DNA of 64,000 nt, from the NCBI RefSeq assembly GCF_007126775.1, contig NZ_SLAP01000103.1:7322-71321 (forward strand), in the 5' to 3' direction. The position numbers and the translations under genes were made by a program. Shown piece after piece: positions 30,462-41,131 of this stretch. The DNA comes from Cecembia sp. (GTDB lineage: Bacteria; Bacteroidota; Bacteroidia; Cytophagales; Cyclobacteriaceae). How positions within the stretch are numbered: position 1 is the first letter of the stretch; each line of letters starts with the position of its first letter. Under the pieces are notes generated by a model. The model did not search any database, was not told where the DNA came from, and worked only from the letters and a program-made list of their open reading frames with translations.

Positions 30462-31172
30462 GTGAAAAAAAATTCATGGGGCTTCATTGCCCTATTTCTA
30501 ATTTGGTCCTGTAGTCCTACCGAGCAGGAGTTGTTTGATGAAGGTGTCCGGTTTTTACAAAACTCCCAGTACCAAAAGGCAATAGATCTCTTTGACAGGG
30601 CTATTGAAAAAAACCCGCAAAATACGGCTGCTTTGAATGCCAAAGGAGTGGCCTTATTTCAACAAGGGAAATTTGATGAGGCCATCGATGCTTTTACAAA
30701 ATCCATAGAATTGGATGCCAGCAGTTACAAGCCGTATTTTAATCGGGCCAATGCCTACTTGGAAAAGAAGGCATACAAAGAAGCATTATTAGATTACAAC
30801 ATGGCCAATGGACTTGATCCTCAGCAATTGGATATTTACTATAACCGTGGTCTTGCATTATTGGGTCTAGAAGAATATGAGGATGCCATTTTTGACTTGG
30901 ATGTCGTATTGCAGTCAGTACCCGACCATGCTTTAGCACACTTTAACAAGGCCAAATCCCAGTTGGGAAATAATGATCCAATCGGAGCGATTGAATCTCT
31001 TTTTGCCACCGTTGAACTGGATAATAGAAATGGTGCAGCTTATTACCTGCTGGGAGTAACCCAAATGAGTGCCTTTGGCCAAAAGGAAGACGGCTGCGTC
31101 AATTTGAGGATGGCCATGAGCCTTGGATTTGCAGAAGCCAAAAGTTGGGTAGACGATTTCTGTTCAGAGTAA
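30462..31172 (+). CDS. TPR-repeat lipoprotein
   Basis: Lipobox LIWSC and five to six TPR units (AIDLFDRAIEKNPQNTAALNAKG...). GTG start. Confidence 0.7.
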   Translation: MKKNSWGFIALFLIWSCSPTEQELFDEGVRFLQNSQYQKAIDLFDRAIEKNPQNTAALNAKGVALFQQGKFDEAIDAFTKSIELDASSYKPYFNRANAYLEKKAYKEALLDYNMANGLDPQQLDIYYNRGLALLGLEEYEDAIFDLDVVLQSVPDHALAHFNKAKSQLGNNDPIGAIESLFATVELDNRNGAAYYLLGVTQMSAFGQKEDGCVNLRMAMSLGFAEAKSWVDDFCSE

Positions 31173-32140
31173 TGGCTGAAATAGGGAAAGATATTGAAAA
31201 GGCCGAGGCCATTTTGAAAAAAGGAGGTTTGGTGGCAATTCCGACTGAGACCGTTTACGGATTGGCGGGCAATGCGCTCAACCCAGATGCTGTAGCCAAA
31301 ATTTTTTCAGTTAAAAGTAGACCAAATTTCGATCCCTTGATCTTGCATACTGAAAGTATTGAAAGGATAGAAGGCTTCGTGCTGCATATACCTGATTCTT
31401 TGAGGCAACTTGCTTTGTCTTTTTGGCCAGGTCCTTTAACACTTTTGCTTCCAAAGAAACTGATAGTGCCTGATTTAGTAACCAGTGGACTGAATAGGGT
31501 TGCGGTAAGGGTGCCCAATCATCCCTTAACCTTAAAGCTTTTATCCAAATTGGAATTTCCTTTGGCTGCGCCCAGTGCCAACCCCTTTGGTTATATCAGT
31601 CCGACCAAAGCTACGCATGTCAATGACCAATTAGGGGACAAAATTGAATATATTCTTGACGGGGGGAGTTGTCATGTAGGTTTGGAAAGCACGATAATCG
31701 GTCTGGAGAATGGGCAGGTTACTGTTTATAGGCTGGGAGGCTTGGATCTCCAATCCATTGAAAAAGTGGTAGGTAAAGTAAAGGTGATGGCTCATTCAAG
31801 CAGTAATCCGAAATCTCCTGGCATGCTAAAAAGTCATTATGCTCCGAGGAAACCTTTTATTCTAGGTGATCTTGATAAATTGGTTTCAAGCTACCAAAAA
31901 AAAGGGACAGATTTTGCCGTCCTATCATTTAGAAAAGACCTTTCCATGGTTCCTGATAAGCGTCATATCCAATTAAGCAGATTGGGGGATCTTTCAGAAG
32001 CAGCAAAAAACCTATTTGCTGCCATGAGAACTTTGGATAACATGGATGTTTCCGTAATTTTATCAGAGTTGGTGCCGGATGTAGGTTTAGGAAAAGCCAT
32101 CAATGATAGGTTAAAACGGGCTGCAGCAAGGGAAGAGTAG
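31172..32140 (+). CDS. tsaC: L-threonylcarbamoyladenylate synthase (YrdC plus Sua5 domains)
   Basis: ORF trimmed to the ATG at 31172. PTETVYGLAGNA, SANPFGYISPT and a C-terminal Sua5 domain. Confidence 0.85.
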   Translation: MAEIGKDIEKAEAILKKGGLVAIPTETVYGLAGNALNPDAVAKIFSVKSRPNFDPLILHTESIERIEGFVLHIPDSLRQLALSFWPGPLTLLLPKKLIVPDLVTSGLNRVAVRVPNHPLTLKLLSKLEFPLAAPSANPFGYISPTKATHVNDQLGDKIEYILDGGSCHVGLESTIIGLENGQVTVYRLGGLDLQSIEKVVGKVKVMAHSSSNPKSPGMLKSHYAPRKPFILGDLDKLVSSYQKKGTDFAVLSFRKDLSMVPDKRHIQLSRLGDLSEAAKNLFAAMRTLDNMDVSVILSELVPDVGLGKAINDRLKRAAAREE

Positions 32141-32223
32141 GAATGAAATTTGCAGGAGATTATTAACTTTAGGTGACAGATTGGTTCCAGAAAAAATTAC
32201 AAACCTTTTAAAACAATAAACAT

Positions 32224-33423
32224 ATGATAGACAGAATCAAAAGTGTGGACAACCTTGATTTTAAAGGTAAGAGGGCCTTGATCAGGGTGGATTTTAATGT
32301 CCCTTTAGATGAGCATCAAAATGTAACCGACGATACGAGGATCAGTGCAGCAGTACCTACCATAGAAAGAATATTAGAGCAAGGAGGAGCGGTGATCTTG
32401 ATGTCTCATTTAGGCAGACCTAAGGATGGACCGACTGACAAATACTCCCTGAAGCATGTTGTTAGAAGCTTGCAAAAATTGCTTGGCAAGTCTGTTAAAT
32501 TTGCTCCTGATTGTATTGGGGAAGAGGCAAAAAACCTGGCTGCCGGATTAGAGCCTGGAGAAGTATTGTTGTTGGAAAACCTAAGGTTTTATAAAGAAGA
32601 AGAGAAAGGCGACGAAGATTTTGCAGAGAAATTATCCATGCTGGGAGATGTTTATGTGAATGATGCTTTTGGAACGGCTCATAGGGCCCATGCTTCTACT
32701 GCGGTTATTGCTAAATTTTTTAATACAAAAGCAGCTGGATATCTCATGCTGTCTGAACTAAAAAATGCAGATAAAGTCTTGGAGAAACCGGAAAGGCCCT
32801 ATACGGCCATTATGGGAGGAGCCAAAATATCTGACAAAATCCTAATAATTGAAAGATTATTGGATAAAGTGGATAACCTGATTATTGGAGGAGGAATGTC
32901 CTACACTTTTTCTAAAGCAAAAGGTGGATCGATCGGTGATTCACTTTGCGAAGAGGATAAATTGGAATATGTGTTGGAGCTGATGAAGAAAGCAGAGGAA
33001 AAAGGCGTAAAAATTTATCTTCCTGCCGATAATGTAACATCCAAAGCTTTTGCAAATGATGCTGATCAAGGAATGGCAAAAGCCGGAGAAATTCCTGATG
33101 GATGGATGGGATTGGACATTGGTCCGGAGACGAGAAAACTATTTTCAGATGTCATCAAATCATCAAAAACCATTTTATGGAATGGCCCTATGGGTGTATT
33201 TGAGATGAGTAGTTTTGTCCATGGTACAGTAGCAGTTGCTGAAGCTATTGCTGAGGCCACTGAAGGTGGAGCATTTTCTTTGATCGGCGGAGGAGATTCA
33301 GCCGCAGCTGTAAATAAATTCGGTTTTGTAGACAAAGTTTCTTACGTGTCTACTGGTGGAGGCGCCTTATTGGAGCACATGGAAGGAAAAGTACTTCCAG
33401 GAGTGGCAGCACTCGCTCCTTAA
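32224..33423 (+). CDS. pgk: phosphoglycerate kinase
   Basis: [17 protein letters not shown] and GGGDSAAAV motifs, 399 aa. Confidence 0.95.
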   Translation: MIDRIKSVDNLDFKGKRALIRVDFNVPLDEHQNVTDDTRISAAVPTIERILEQGGAVILMSHLGRPKDGPTDKYSLKHVVRSLQKLLGKSVKFAPDCIGEEAKNLAAGLEPGEVLLLENLRFYKEEEKGDEDFAEKLSMLGDVYVNDAFGTAHRAHASTAVIAKFFNTKAAGYLMLSELKNADKVLEKPERPYTAIMGGAKISDKILIIERLLDKVDNLIIGGGMSYTFSKAKGGSIGDSLCEEDKLEYVLELMKKAEEKGVKIYLPADNVTSKAFANDADQGMAKAGEIPDGWMGLDIGPETRKLFSDVIKSSKTILWNGPMGVFEMSSFVHGTVAVAEAIAEATEGGAFSLIGGGDSAAAVNKFGFVDKVSYVSTGGGALLEHMEGKVLPGVAALAP

Positions 33424-33443
33424 AAAATTCTTTAAAGTGAATG

Positions 33444-33470
33444 AAAAAAGACCAAAGCTTGGTCTTTTTT
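33444..33470 (+). terminator. intrinsic terminator after pgk
   Basis: Stem AAAAAAGACCAA/TTGGTCTTTTTT with loop AGC. Confidence 0.8.
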
Positions 33471-33626
33471 CATTCCATAGGATGTTTGACATTCAAAGCC
33501 GATATTTAAATTTAGGTTTCGCCTTTTTAATAAACATTGATATATTTAGAGGTCAAATACGGACAATACCGCTTTTCTGAATATTAAGATCAAAATTAAT
33601 CACCAAATTTTAACTTTTAATTTAAC

Positions 33627-33965
33627 ATGAAAAAAGGAGTAATCGGGTTCTTCCTTATTGCTGGGATAGCAGTTTCTTGCATGGAAATCGAAGAGATCAA
33701 TTCATCTTGTGAAGTTTATATTATAATGGATGATGGTTCTTTGCGCTTCTATGAAATATCTGAAGATGTAAGGAGAAACAAAAATACAGGAGTTTTTACA
33801 TACAGGGATGAAGAAGGTAAATTGTGGTCCATTACCCAGAATCCTGATAGTGGAAATTGGTTTTCTAATAGTCAAGGCCAAGACCCGAGACAGGTTGAAA
33901 GGATTGTATGTGGAGACAAAGTTTATTTGGAACAAGAGGAAGAAGATAGGACCGAAGAAGGTTGA
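33627..33965 (+). CDS. small hypothetical lipoprotein
   Basis: 112 aa with lipobox IAVSC and an acidic C-terminus. No family recognised. Confidence 0.4.
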   Translation: MKKGVIGFFLIAGIAVSCMEIEEINSSCEVYIIMDDGSLRFYEISEDVRRNKNTGVFTYRDEEGKLWSITQNPDSGNWFSNSQGQDPRQVERIVCGDKVYLEQEEEDRTEEG

Positions 33966-34023
33966 GTCGCTCTGAATATTTCGTGTAATTTCTTTTTATA
34001 CTTTTTTGATCGGGCGTTTTCGA

Positions 34024-34269
34024 TTACTCCTCTCCAATCCTCATGTGAATCCAATTCATTATTTTTTTCAGATCTTTAAACATTAAACCATCTTTATAAA
34101 TAAGTCTGATTTCAGAAGATTCGGAATACCCCAAAGTAACTCCTTTACTTTGCTTTACGATCGTAACCCCATCCTCTAACCGACTTTCAGTGACTATATT
34201 TTTGTCAAAAGAAAATAGGATAAGGGGCGCAGGGACTAGAAATAGAATGGAGACTTTAGAAGTTTTCAT
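34024..34269 (-). CDS. small secreted hypothetical protein
   Basis: 81-aa ORF with an N-terminal hydrophobic segment. Weak support only. Confidence 0.3.
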   Translation of the reverse strand: MKTSKVSILFLVPAPLILFSFDKNIVTESRLEDGVTIVKQSKGVTLGYSESSEIRLIYKDGLMFKDLKKIMNWIHMRIGEE

Positions 34270-34454
34270 GAAAAGAAAGAATTTTATACCATCTTAATGT
34301 AAAAAATACAAATTGAAAATTCTTGAAAACAAAAAAGTTGTAGATTTGGGACATCTTCATTAAGTATACCAGTCTAATTAGGATTATGCCATTGGTGTGA
34401 TTCTAGTAAACATACTTGTTATTTAACCCTATATTTCAAGAAAATCAAAAACCT

Positions 34455-37400
34455 ATGATGACCAATAAGTTTGTGAGACAGAGTTTGTGGCTCGCATTAA
34501 CAATTATGGTGGTCTTTTCTTCATGTAACAAAAGAAGTGGAACACCAAAAGTATTAGTATTCAGCAAAACAGCCGGTTTTTACCATGAGTCTATACCAGA
34601 TGGAATTAGAGCCATTCAAAAATTGGGATTGGAAAACGGTTTTCAAGTAGATACTACCACCAATGCTGAATTATTTACGGAGGAAAATCTAAACCAATAT
34701 GCTGCAGTAATTTGGTTGAGTACTACTGGTGATGTGCTCAATCATTATCAGGAAGCAGATTTTGAAAGGTATATACAGGCAGGTGGTGGTTATGTAGGCA
34801 TACACGCAGCTACAGATACAGAATACCACTGGGGATGGTATAACAGATTGGCCGGAGCCTATTTCTGGAATCACCCCGGAATGGGAGATCCTCATCCTAA
34901 TGTGCAGGAGGGGTCGATTAATGTAACTGACAGAAACCATCCAAGTACAAGATTTCTCCCTGAAATCTGGAACAGAAGAGATGAATGGTACAGTTTTAAA
35001 AAAATGAACCCTGATGTCAATGTGCTAATGGATATTGATGAAGACAGTTATCAGGGTGGCTATGCCATGGGTTATCATCCGGTGGCATGGTATCATGAAT
35101 TTGATGGAGGAAGGGCCTGGTATACGGCTGGAGGACATACTGTGGAATCTTTTTCGGAAGAGCTCTTTCTCGAGCATATACTAGAAGGAATTAAATATGC
35201 TATAGGCGATAACCGGAAGTTGGATTATTCCAAAGCTAAAACCCAAAGGGTTCCGGAAGAAAATAGGTTTGAAAAAACGCAGTTGATCTTGGGTGAATTT
35301 ACCGAGCCTACTGAAATGACAATACTTCCAAACCTTGACGTTTTAATTGCACAGAGAAGGGGGGAGGTTTTACTGTATAAAGATGGCGATTCTACCGTAA
35401 CTGAAGTGGCAAAATTCGATGTCTACTGGAGAACTGATGTTCCGGGAGTCAATGCTGAAGAGGGTTTGATGGGGATTCAAAAAGACCCCAATTTCGCCAA
35501 AAACGGACATGTTTTTGTGTTTTATAGTCCAGCAGGTGAAAAGGAAATAAATAGGCTTTCCAGGTTTACATTTCTAAATGATACTTGGGACATGAATTCC
35601 GAAAAGGTGATTTTAGAGCTCTATTCACAGCGTAACATTTGTTGCCATACAGGTGGTTCTATAGCTTTTGACAAGGATGGTCTTCTTTACCTCTCTACAG
35701 GGGATAATTCTACTCCTTTTGATCAGGCCAACAGTAAATTTGTAAACAGGGGCTATGCTCCTCTTGATGACCGTCCAGGGTTTGAGCAATTTGATGCCAG
35801 AAGAAGTTCAGGTAATTCAAATGACCTTAGGGGTAAGATTTTAAGAATAAAGGTCAATGAAGATGGCAGCTATGATATCCCTGAAGGAAACCTTTATCCC
35901 AAAGGCATGGAGGGGACAAGGCCTGAGATTTATGTACAGGGAAATAGAAACCCCTACAGAATATCTGTAGATCAAAAAACAGGATTTGTTTACTGGGGAG
36001 AAGTAGGGCCTGATGCCAATCCAGACAGTTTGGATACAAGGGGACCAAGGGGCTATGATGAAGTCAATCAGGCGAGAAAAGCAGGAAATTTTGGCTGGCC
36101 ATATTTTGTGGGGGATAATTATGCTTATGTGGAATTTGATTACGCTACAGGAAGATCAGGATCTCCTTTTGATGTGGCAAAGCCTGTAAATACATCTAAG
36201 AATAATACCGGATTAAGAGAACTTCCTCCTGCGGAACCGGCCTTTATTTGGTATCCTTATGGGACTTCAGAGGACTTCCCGCAGTTAGGTACGGGAGGTA
36301 GAAATGCCATGGCCGGTCCTGTATATTACGCTGATATGTTTCCCAAAGGGAGTAGGTATCCGTCTTATTACGATGGTAAATTATTTATTTACGATTGGGT
36401 GAGGGGGTGGATTAAAGTAGTCACTATGCAGGAAAATGGAGATTATGACAAAATGGAGCCATTTATGTCTGACACGAAATTCAATGCACTCATTGATATG
36501 GAAGTTGGACCCGATGGAAAGTTATATATTTTGGAATACGGAAATGGGTGGTTTTCTAAAAATCCAGACTCAGGCCTTTCAAGAATTGACTTTAATGCAG
36601 GAAACAGGAGTCCGGTGGTCAATTCAGTTTCAGTAGATCAATCCTCAGGCGCATTGCCATTTACTGCTACGTTCAAGGTTGAAGCCACAGACCCGGAAAA
36701 TGATCCGCTGACCTACATCTGGGATATGGGGAATGGCGAACGCATTACTACCCAAGAACCTAAAGTGACCTACACATTCAATGAAATTGGAGATTATGAT
36801 GTGCAAGTAGAGGTGAGTGATCCTGAAAAACTTCGGGCAATGAGCACTATCGTTTCTGTTTATGCCGGTAATATTGCCCCTGATGTAAGTATACAAATTC
36901 AAGGCAATCAAAGTTTTTACTTTCCAGGGACAGCAGTAGAATACGCTGTGTCTGTGCAAGATGCTGATGATCCCAATGTGGGCGATGATTTGTCTTCATT
37001 GTTTATATCAGCGGATTATATATCAGGATTAGATCAGGCAGAGGCATCTAAGGGACACTTGATTATGACAGATGCCATGATAGGGAAAAGTTTGGTCAAT
37101 TCCCTTACTTGCAAGACCTGTCATAAAGAAGATGAAGCCTCAATTGGCCCTTCTTATACAGAAGTAGCAAGAAAATACAGAAGAAATGCAGATGCTTCCA
37201 CCTACTTGGTCAACAAGATCCAGAAAGGAGGAGGTGGTGTTTGGGGAGAAACAGTTATGCCTGCCAATCCGGACCTGAAGAATGATGATGCCACTAAAAT
37301 CACTTCTTATATTCTTTCATTGGGTAGAAGAGCAGAGCAAAAACCTTCGCTTCCATCCTCGGGGAAAGTTGACCCGACAATTGGTAAAACGATAAGTCCA

Positions 37401-37898
37401 ACCGGAATATTTGTGCTTTCTGCCAGTTTTACTGATAGAGGAGGAGAGAATATCAAACCTTTGACTGGAAATACTTCCGTTACTTTAAGAAATCCCATTA
37501 TTAATATGGGTCAAATAAGGGATATTGAAGGTGCAAGTACGATGAACTTTAACGGCAATGATTTGTTATTACTTCCTTCGGCAAAAGCTTCTTTTTCGAT
37601 TCCTGATGTAGATTTGACAGATGTTAGAACGCTGCTCTTAAGTGGTGGTGGACAGGAAGCTTCAAACAATGGTTTTGCCATGGAATTTAGATTAGGCGGT
37701 CCCACAGGACCCATAATAGGAGAAGGAGTTTTTAAAATAGGAGCTCAGGGAGAAGGTGGCTTAAAGTTTGGAATGGCCGGGATTCCAATAAATTCAAAGA
37801 GTGATGGAGGAATTCAGGATATTTATGTAATATCTCAACCTGTTGATGGAGAGGAGCCTTTTGCTGCGCTTATGTCTATAGAGTTTAAAAACAAATAA
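34455..37898 (+). CDS. multidomain ThuA-like / PQQ-type sugar dehydrogenase beta-propeller / PKD / cytochrome c fusion protein
   Basis: ORF trimmed to the ATG at 34455 (lipoprotein-like VVFSSC). ThuA-like N-terminus (KVLVFSKTAGFYHESIPDG), sorbosone dehydrogenase-like propeller (CHTGGSIAFDKDG...GNRNPYR), PKD domain (PLTYIWDMGNGE), haem motif CKTCH with downstream VMP, and a ~200-aa unassigned C-terminus. Confidence 0.75.
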   Translation: MMTNKFVRQSLWLALTIMVVFSSCNKRSGTPKVLVFSKTAGFYHESIPDGIRAIQKLGLENGFQVDTTTNAELFTEENLNQYAAVIWLSTTGDVLNHYQEADFERYIQAGGGYVGIHAATDTEYHWGWYNRLAGAYFWNHPGMGDPHPNVQEGSINVTDRNHPSTRFLPEIWNRRDEWYSFKKMNPDVNVLMDIDEDSYQGGYAMGYHPVAWYHEFDGGRAWYTAGGHTVESFSEELFLEHILEGIKYAIGDNRKLDYSKAKTQRVPEENRFEKTQLILGEFTEPTEMTILPNLDVLIAQRRGEVLLYKDGDSTVTEVAKFDVYWRTDVPGVNAEEGLMGIQKDPNFAKNGHVFVFYSPAGEKEINRLSRFTFLNDTWDMNSEKVILELYSQRNICCHTGGSIAFDKDGLLYLSTGDNSTPFDQANSKFVNRGYAPLDDRPGFEQFDARRSSGNSNDLRGKILRIKVNEDGSYDIPEGNLYPKGMEGTRPEIYVQGNRNPYRISVDQKTGFVYWGEVGPDANPDSLDTRGPRGYDEVNQARKAGNFGWPYFVGDNYAYVEFDYATGRSGSPFDVAKPVNTSKNNTGLRELPPAEPAFIWYPYGTSEDFPQLGTGGRNAMAGPVYYADMFPKGSRYPSYYDGKLFIYDWVRGWIKVVTMQENGDYDKMEPFMSDTKFNALIDMEVGPDGKLYILEYGNGWFSKNPDSGLSRIDFNAGNRSPVVNSVSVDQSSGALPFTATFKVEATDPENDPLTYIWDMGNGERITTQEPKVTYTFNEIGDYDVQVEVSDPEKLRAMSTIVSVYAGNIAPDVSIQIQGNQSFYFPGTAVEYAVSVQDADDPNVGDDLSSLFISADYISGLDQAEASKGHLIMTDAMIGKSLVNSLTCKTCHKEDEASIGPSYTEVARKYRRNADASTYLVNKIQKGGGGVWGETVMPANPDLKNDDATKITSYILSLGRRAEQKPSLPSSGKVDPTIGKTISPTGIFVLSASFTDRGGENIKPLTGNTSVTLRNPIINMGQIRDIEGASTMNFNGNDLLLLPSAKASFSIPDVDLTDVRTLLLSGGGQEASNNGFAMEFRLGGPTGPIIGEGVFKIGAQGEGGLKFGMAGIPINSKSDGGIQDIYVISQPVDGEEPFAALMSIEFKNK

Positions 37899-37914
37899 AG
37901 TCACATACAAACTT

Positions 37915-37948
37915 AAAAAGGCTATCCCAAATCAGGATAGCCTTTTTT
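37915..37948. terminator. bidirectional hairpin terminator between the convergent 1160-aa gene and pyrB
   Basis: 13-bp stem AAAAAGGCTATCC/GGATAGCCTTTTT with A and T runs on both sides. Confidence 0.8.
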
Positions 37949-38870
37949 ATCTTACACCTGCAAGTAGATATAGAACTGCCATTCTCACAGCCACGCCATT
38001 TTCAACTTGCTGAAGGATAATGGAATGTTCGCTGTCTGCAACATCAGAGTTCAATTCAACGCCCCTATTGATGGGGCCTGGGTGCATAATCACTATTTCT
38101 TTGTCCAGTTGATCAAGCATCTTTTTATTGACTCCAAAGTAGAGGGAATATTCTCTAAGAGATGGGAAATATTTGATCTGTTGTCTTTCCAGCTGAATTC
38201 TGAGAATGTTGGCGACGTCACACCATTGAAGCGCTTTTTTTACATCCATTTCCACTTTCACCCCTAGACTTGCAATATGCTTTGGAATCAAAGTGGTAGG
38301 TCCACAGACCATGACTTCTGCTCCAAGCTTTTGAAGACAAAAAATATTGGAAAGAGCTACCCTTGAATGCAGAATATCTCCGATGATGGCTACTTTTTTC
38401 CCCATTACATCACCCAGTTTCTCCCTTATGGAGAAAGCATCCAATAAAGCTTGCGTAGGATGTTCGTGTGTACCGTCTCCTGCGTTGACGATATTGGCTG
38501 AGATATTTTTCGAAAGGAAATGTGGAGCTCCGGGGCTACTGTGCCGCATAACTACCATGTCCACTTTCATGGAGAGGATGTTGTTGACAGTATCTGTTAG
38601 TGTTTCCCCTTTTTTCACTGAACTGGTACTGGATGAAAAATTGACAACGTCTGCAGACAGTCTTTTTTCAGCTAGCTCAAAAGAAAGTCTGGTACGGGTA
38701 GAGTTTTCAAAGAATATATTGGCAATCGTTATATCTCTCAGTGAAGGCACTTTTTTGATTGGCCTATTGAGCACCTCTTTAAAATTATCGGCGGTTTCAA
38801 AGATTAATCGAATGTCTTCTGAAGTAATATCTTTGATGCCTAAAAGGTGTCGGGTGCTGAGTTGTGACAT
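37947..38870 (-). CDS. pyrB: aspartate carbamoyltransferase catalytic subunit
   Basis: STRTRLSFE, HPTQ and HPGP motifs, 307 aa. Confidence 0.95.
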   Translation of the reverse strand: MSQLSTRHLLGIKDITSEDIRLIFETADNFKEVLNRPIKKVPSLRDITIANIFFENSTRTRLSFELAEKRLSADVVNFSSSTSSVKKGETLTDTVNNILSMKVDMVVMRHSSPGAPHFLSKNISANIVNAGDGTHEHPTQALLDAFSIREKLGDVMGKKVAIIGDILHSRVALSNIFCLQKLGAEVMVCGPTTLIPKHIASLGVKVEMDVKKALQWCDVANILRIQLERQQIKYFPSLREYSLYFGVNKKMLDQLDKEIVIMHPGPINRGVELNSDVADSEHSIILQQVENGVAVRMAVLYLLAGVR

Positions 38871-38877
38871 AAGTAGG

Positions 38878-39420
38878 TTAAGGTTTTTCTATGATCCAAA
38901 TGGCGTCCTTGTCAAATCCTTTTTCTGCCCACTCCACTGATACATATTGACTTTCCAATGTGTTGACTTTTACTCCAACATAATCGGGCATAATGGGGTA
39001 ATCTCTGGTATATTTTCTATCGACTAAGACCATTAATTCGACTTTTTGAGGCCTTCCAAAGGCAATCATGGCATCCAAAGCAGCCCTGACAGATCTTCCC
39101 TTGTACAGCACATCATCTATGAGTACCACTTCTTTGCCTTCAATCAGGAAATCAATTTTCGTTTCATTTGCCTTTAAAGGAAAATCCCTTCTTCTGAAGT
39201 CATCCCTGTGGAAAGTGGCATCAAGATATCCAAAAGGCACCTTGAATCCCGTCAATTCTGCCAGTGTTTTTGCGATTTTGTCCAAGACAATCGGGCCTCT
39301 GGGTTGTAATCCCAAAAGGACTGTGTTTTCAAAAGTATCGTGGTTTTCGATCAACTGATGACAGAAGCGCTTCAAAATAATGGCAATCTGCTTTTGATCA
39401 AGGACAAGTCTTTTTTGCAT
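38878..39420 (-). CDS. pyrR: bifunctional pyr operon regulator / uracil phosphoribosyltransferase PyrR
   Basis: ORF 38878..39534 trimmed to the ATG at 39420 (MQKRLVLDQKQ...). PRPP-binding motif VVLIDDVLYKGRS. Confidence 0.9.
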   Translation of the reverse strand: MQKRLVLDQKQIAIILKRFCHQLIENHDTFENTVLLGLQPRGPIVLDKIAKTLAELTGFKVPFGYLDATFHRDDFRRRDFPLKANETKIDFLIEGKEVVLIDDVLYKGRSVRAALDAMIAFGRPQKVELMVLVDRKYTRDYPIMPDYVGVKVNTLESQYVSVEWAEKGFDKDAIWIIEKP

Positions 39421-39436
39421 GGCTCTGCTTTGATTG

Positions 39437-39444
39437 CAAATATA
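39437..39444 (-). promoter_or_regulatory. candidate Bacteroidota -7 promoter box (TATATTTG) for pyrR-pyrB
   Basis: The minus strand reads TATATTTG, matching the TAnnTTTG consensus, about 17 nt upstream of the pyrR ATG. A hairpin (AAGGCAG/CTGCCTT, 39465-39484) lies just upstream after the preceding gene's stop. Confidence 0.45.
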
Positions 39445-39505
39445 AAAATAAAAGTGCAAGAAGGAAGGCAGGTATTGCTGCCTTGCGATATTTTTAAAAT
39501 ATATG

Positions 39506-41131
39506 CTAATCCTCGGGGTTATAAAGATCACCATTTACTGAGATTTTGGTTAGGAAAAAGACCTCTTTAGTTTCTTCTTTCCCATTATTCCCCAGAAATC
39601 TGACCTTTTGCTTTCCGCTTAGAAGGTAATAGTTATCGTACCACCACGATAGGTTTAGACTTTGTTCTTGAGTATCCCTGATTCTTTCATTTTCATCAAT
39701 CAATTGGATCTCAAATGCTTCATTTTCAAAAAGAATTTCCCCATTCTTCATATAGCTCATGTATACCTGAATGCCGTCCAGGTAGAGGTAATGGAGTTTA
39801 CTGCCGTCAAAACTGATTTCCCCATATTTGCCGGGGATGGATGTGATTCTATTGGTCAAATTGAAAGCGTTGTCCCAAATTACCTGCCCTTCTTTACCGA
39901 TATAAATCAAGTAAGCGGAAATAAATTTATATTCACCTTCTTGCTGCCAGGAAAATGGGCCATATCGATAAGTATTAAAAAGCTGAGAGCCATATGCTGG
40001 TCCATAATTCATACCGTCAAAATAGCGACGGTTTGGATTGAACCGGTAAGCATCATTTGCATAAGCCCCATCTCTGGGAATGTACCTCGGGTTGGTGGCA
40101 TTGAAGTTATCGCTATAAATCAAATAGCCAATATCCGTACGGATTATTTCTCTTGCTGAAAATACCGGTTTGATATTTGGGACCTTATTTTTACTGAATT
40201 GCCGCTCTAGTTCTCTCCATTTTCTTTCTCTTTGTTTTTCGTTCAGGTAATTGTAAAAGTTTGGGAAATCTTCCAAGGTATAATAGTTGAGGTTATATTC
40301 CCCAAATTCATTGATGTCAGCAATATAAATTCCCTGGTAAGCTTCTCGCTTTCTTTGTCCATAAGTACCTATCAGAGACTGTTGATAATTATAGATGGGA
40401 GTTAGCATGCCCTCTACAATTTCATGATTGATATCCTGTAGGCGTTCTATACTAACTTCCCTTATTTTTGTTCCATTTTCATCAAAGGATAAAATAGACA
40501 CCTGCTTGGTTTTGTATTTGTCCCTTTTACTGATAAGTGCATCGATAATACCAAGATTACTGTCCTTTCGCAGTTGCAGCACTAATGTCTCTTTGCCATA
40601 AATGCCCTCAACCGTAAAAACATTATTGGCTTCCATATCAAAAATCTGAAGCATCGGTCTTAGATCCGCATTACCTAAAAAAATTGCCTTTTTATTTAAA
40701 ACCAAAAACTCTTTTAAATCCATTGGGTAAATGTTCTCCAAAGGAATTTCATTGGCCTCATCAGTTTCTATGTTGATTTCCAGTAGATAACGTTCCGAAG
40801 AAGCAGTCAGACCTCTTTGCATCAATGCATAGAAATAGTCGCCTTCCAAATCATAACCTACAAGATCAAAATTATCTTTGATTTTGACTTCCTTGATGTC
40901 AGATCCTTCCAAGGTATAATTTGTGGTGAAATACTGGAAATTTGCCCTGAGATTAAAACCTCTTTCAGGTTGGGCTCTGAAAGCAATAATTCCCCCGGGT
41001 TTTTGCATGACCATGAAATCATTTTCCTGATATTTAGCTTCAACTTCCCACCTCGCTTCAAAAGAAAGTTGTGCAAATGCTGACCCCAAAGGGATAAGCA
41101 ATATCAGAAGCATTAAGACTGTAATTTTCAT
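39506..41131 (-). CDS. secreted hypothetical protein
   Basis: 541 aa with signal peptide MKITVLMLLILLIPLGSAFAQ. Rich in Tyr and Asn. No recognised domain. Confidence 0.55.
   Translation of the reverse strand: MKITVLMLLILLIPLGSAFAQLSFEARWEVEAKYQENDFMVMQKPGGIIAFRAQPERGFNLRANFQYFTTNYTLEGSDIKEVKIKDNFDLVGYDLEGDYFYALMQRGLTASSERYLLEINIETDEANEIPLENIYPMDLKEFLVLNKKAIFLGNADLRPMLQIFDMEANNVFTVEGIYGKETLVLQLRKDSNLGIIDALISKRDKYKTKQVSILSFDENGTKIREVSIERLQDINHEIVEGMLTPIYNYQQSLIGTYGQRKREAYQGIYIADINEFGEYNLNYYTLEDFPNFYNYLNEKQRERKWRELERQFSKNKVPNIKPVFSAREIIRTDIGYLIYSDNFNATNPRYIPRDGAYANDAYRFNPNRRYFDGMNYGPAYGSQLFNTYRYGPFSWQQEGEYKFISAYLIYIGKEGQVIWDNAFNLTNRITSIPGKYGEISFDGSKLHYLYLDGIQVYMSYMKNGEILFENEAFEIQLIDENERIRDTQEQSLNLSWWYDNYYLLSGKQKVRFLGNNGKEETKEVFFLTKISVNGDLYNPED

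Noticed and set aside
38347-38940. 197-aa plus-strand ORF
   Set aside because: Antisense to pyrB, which has canonical ATCase motifs. The same reasoning applies to 2354..2797, 17269..17790, 39662..40159, 17920..18324 and 26314..26643.
39421-39505. Search for a PyrR-binding attenuator hairpin in the pyrR leader
   Set aside because: No ARUCCAGAGAGG-like binding loop was found. The only hairpin (39465-39484) looks like a terminator for the upstream gene.
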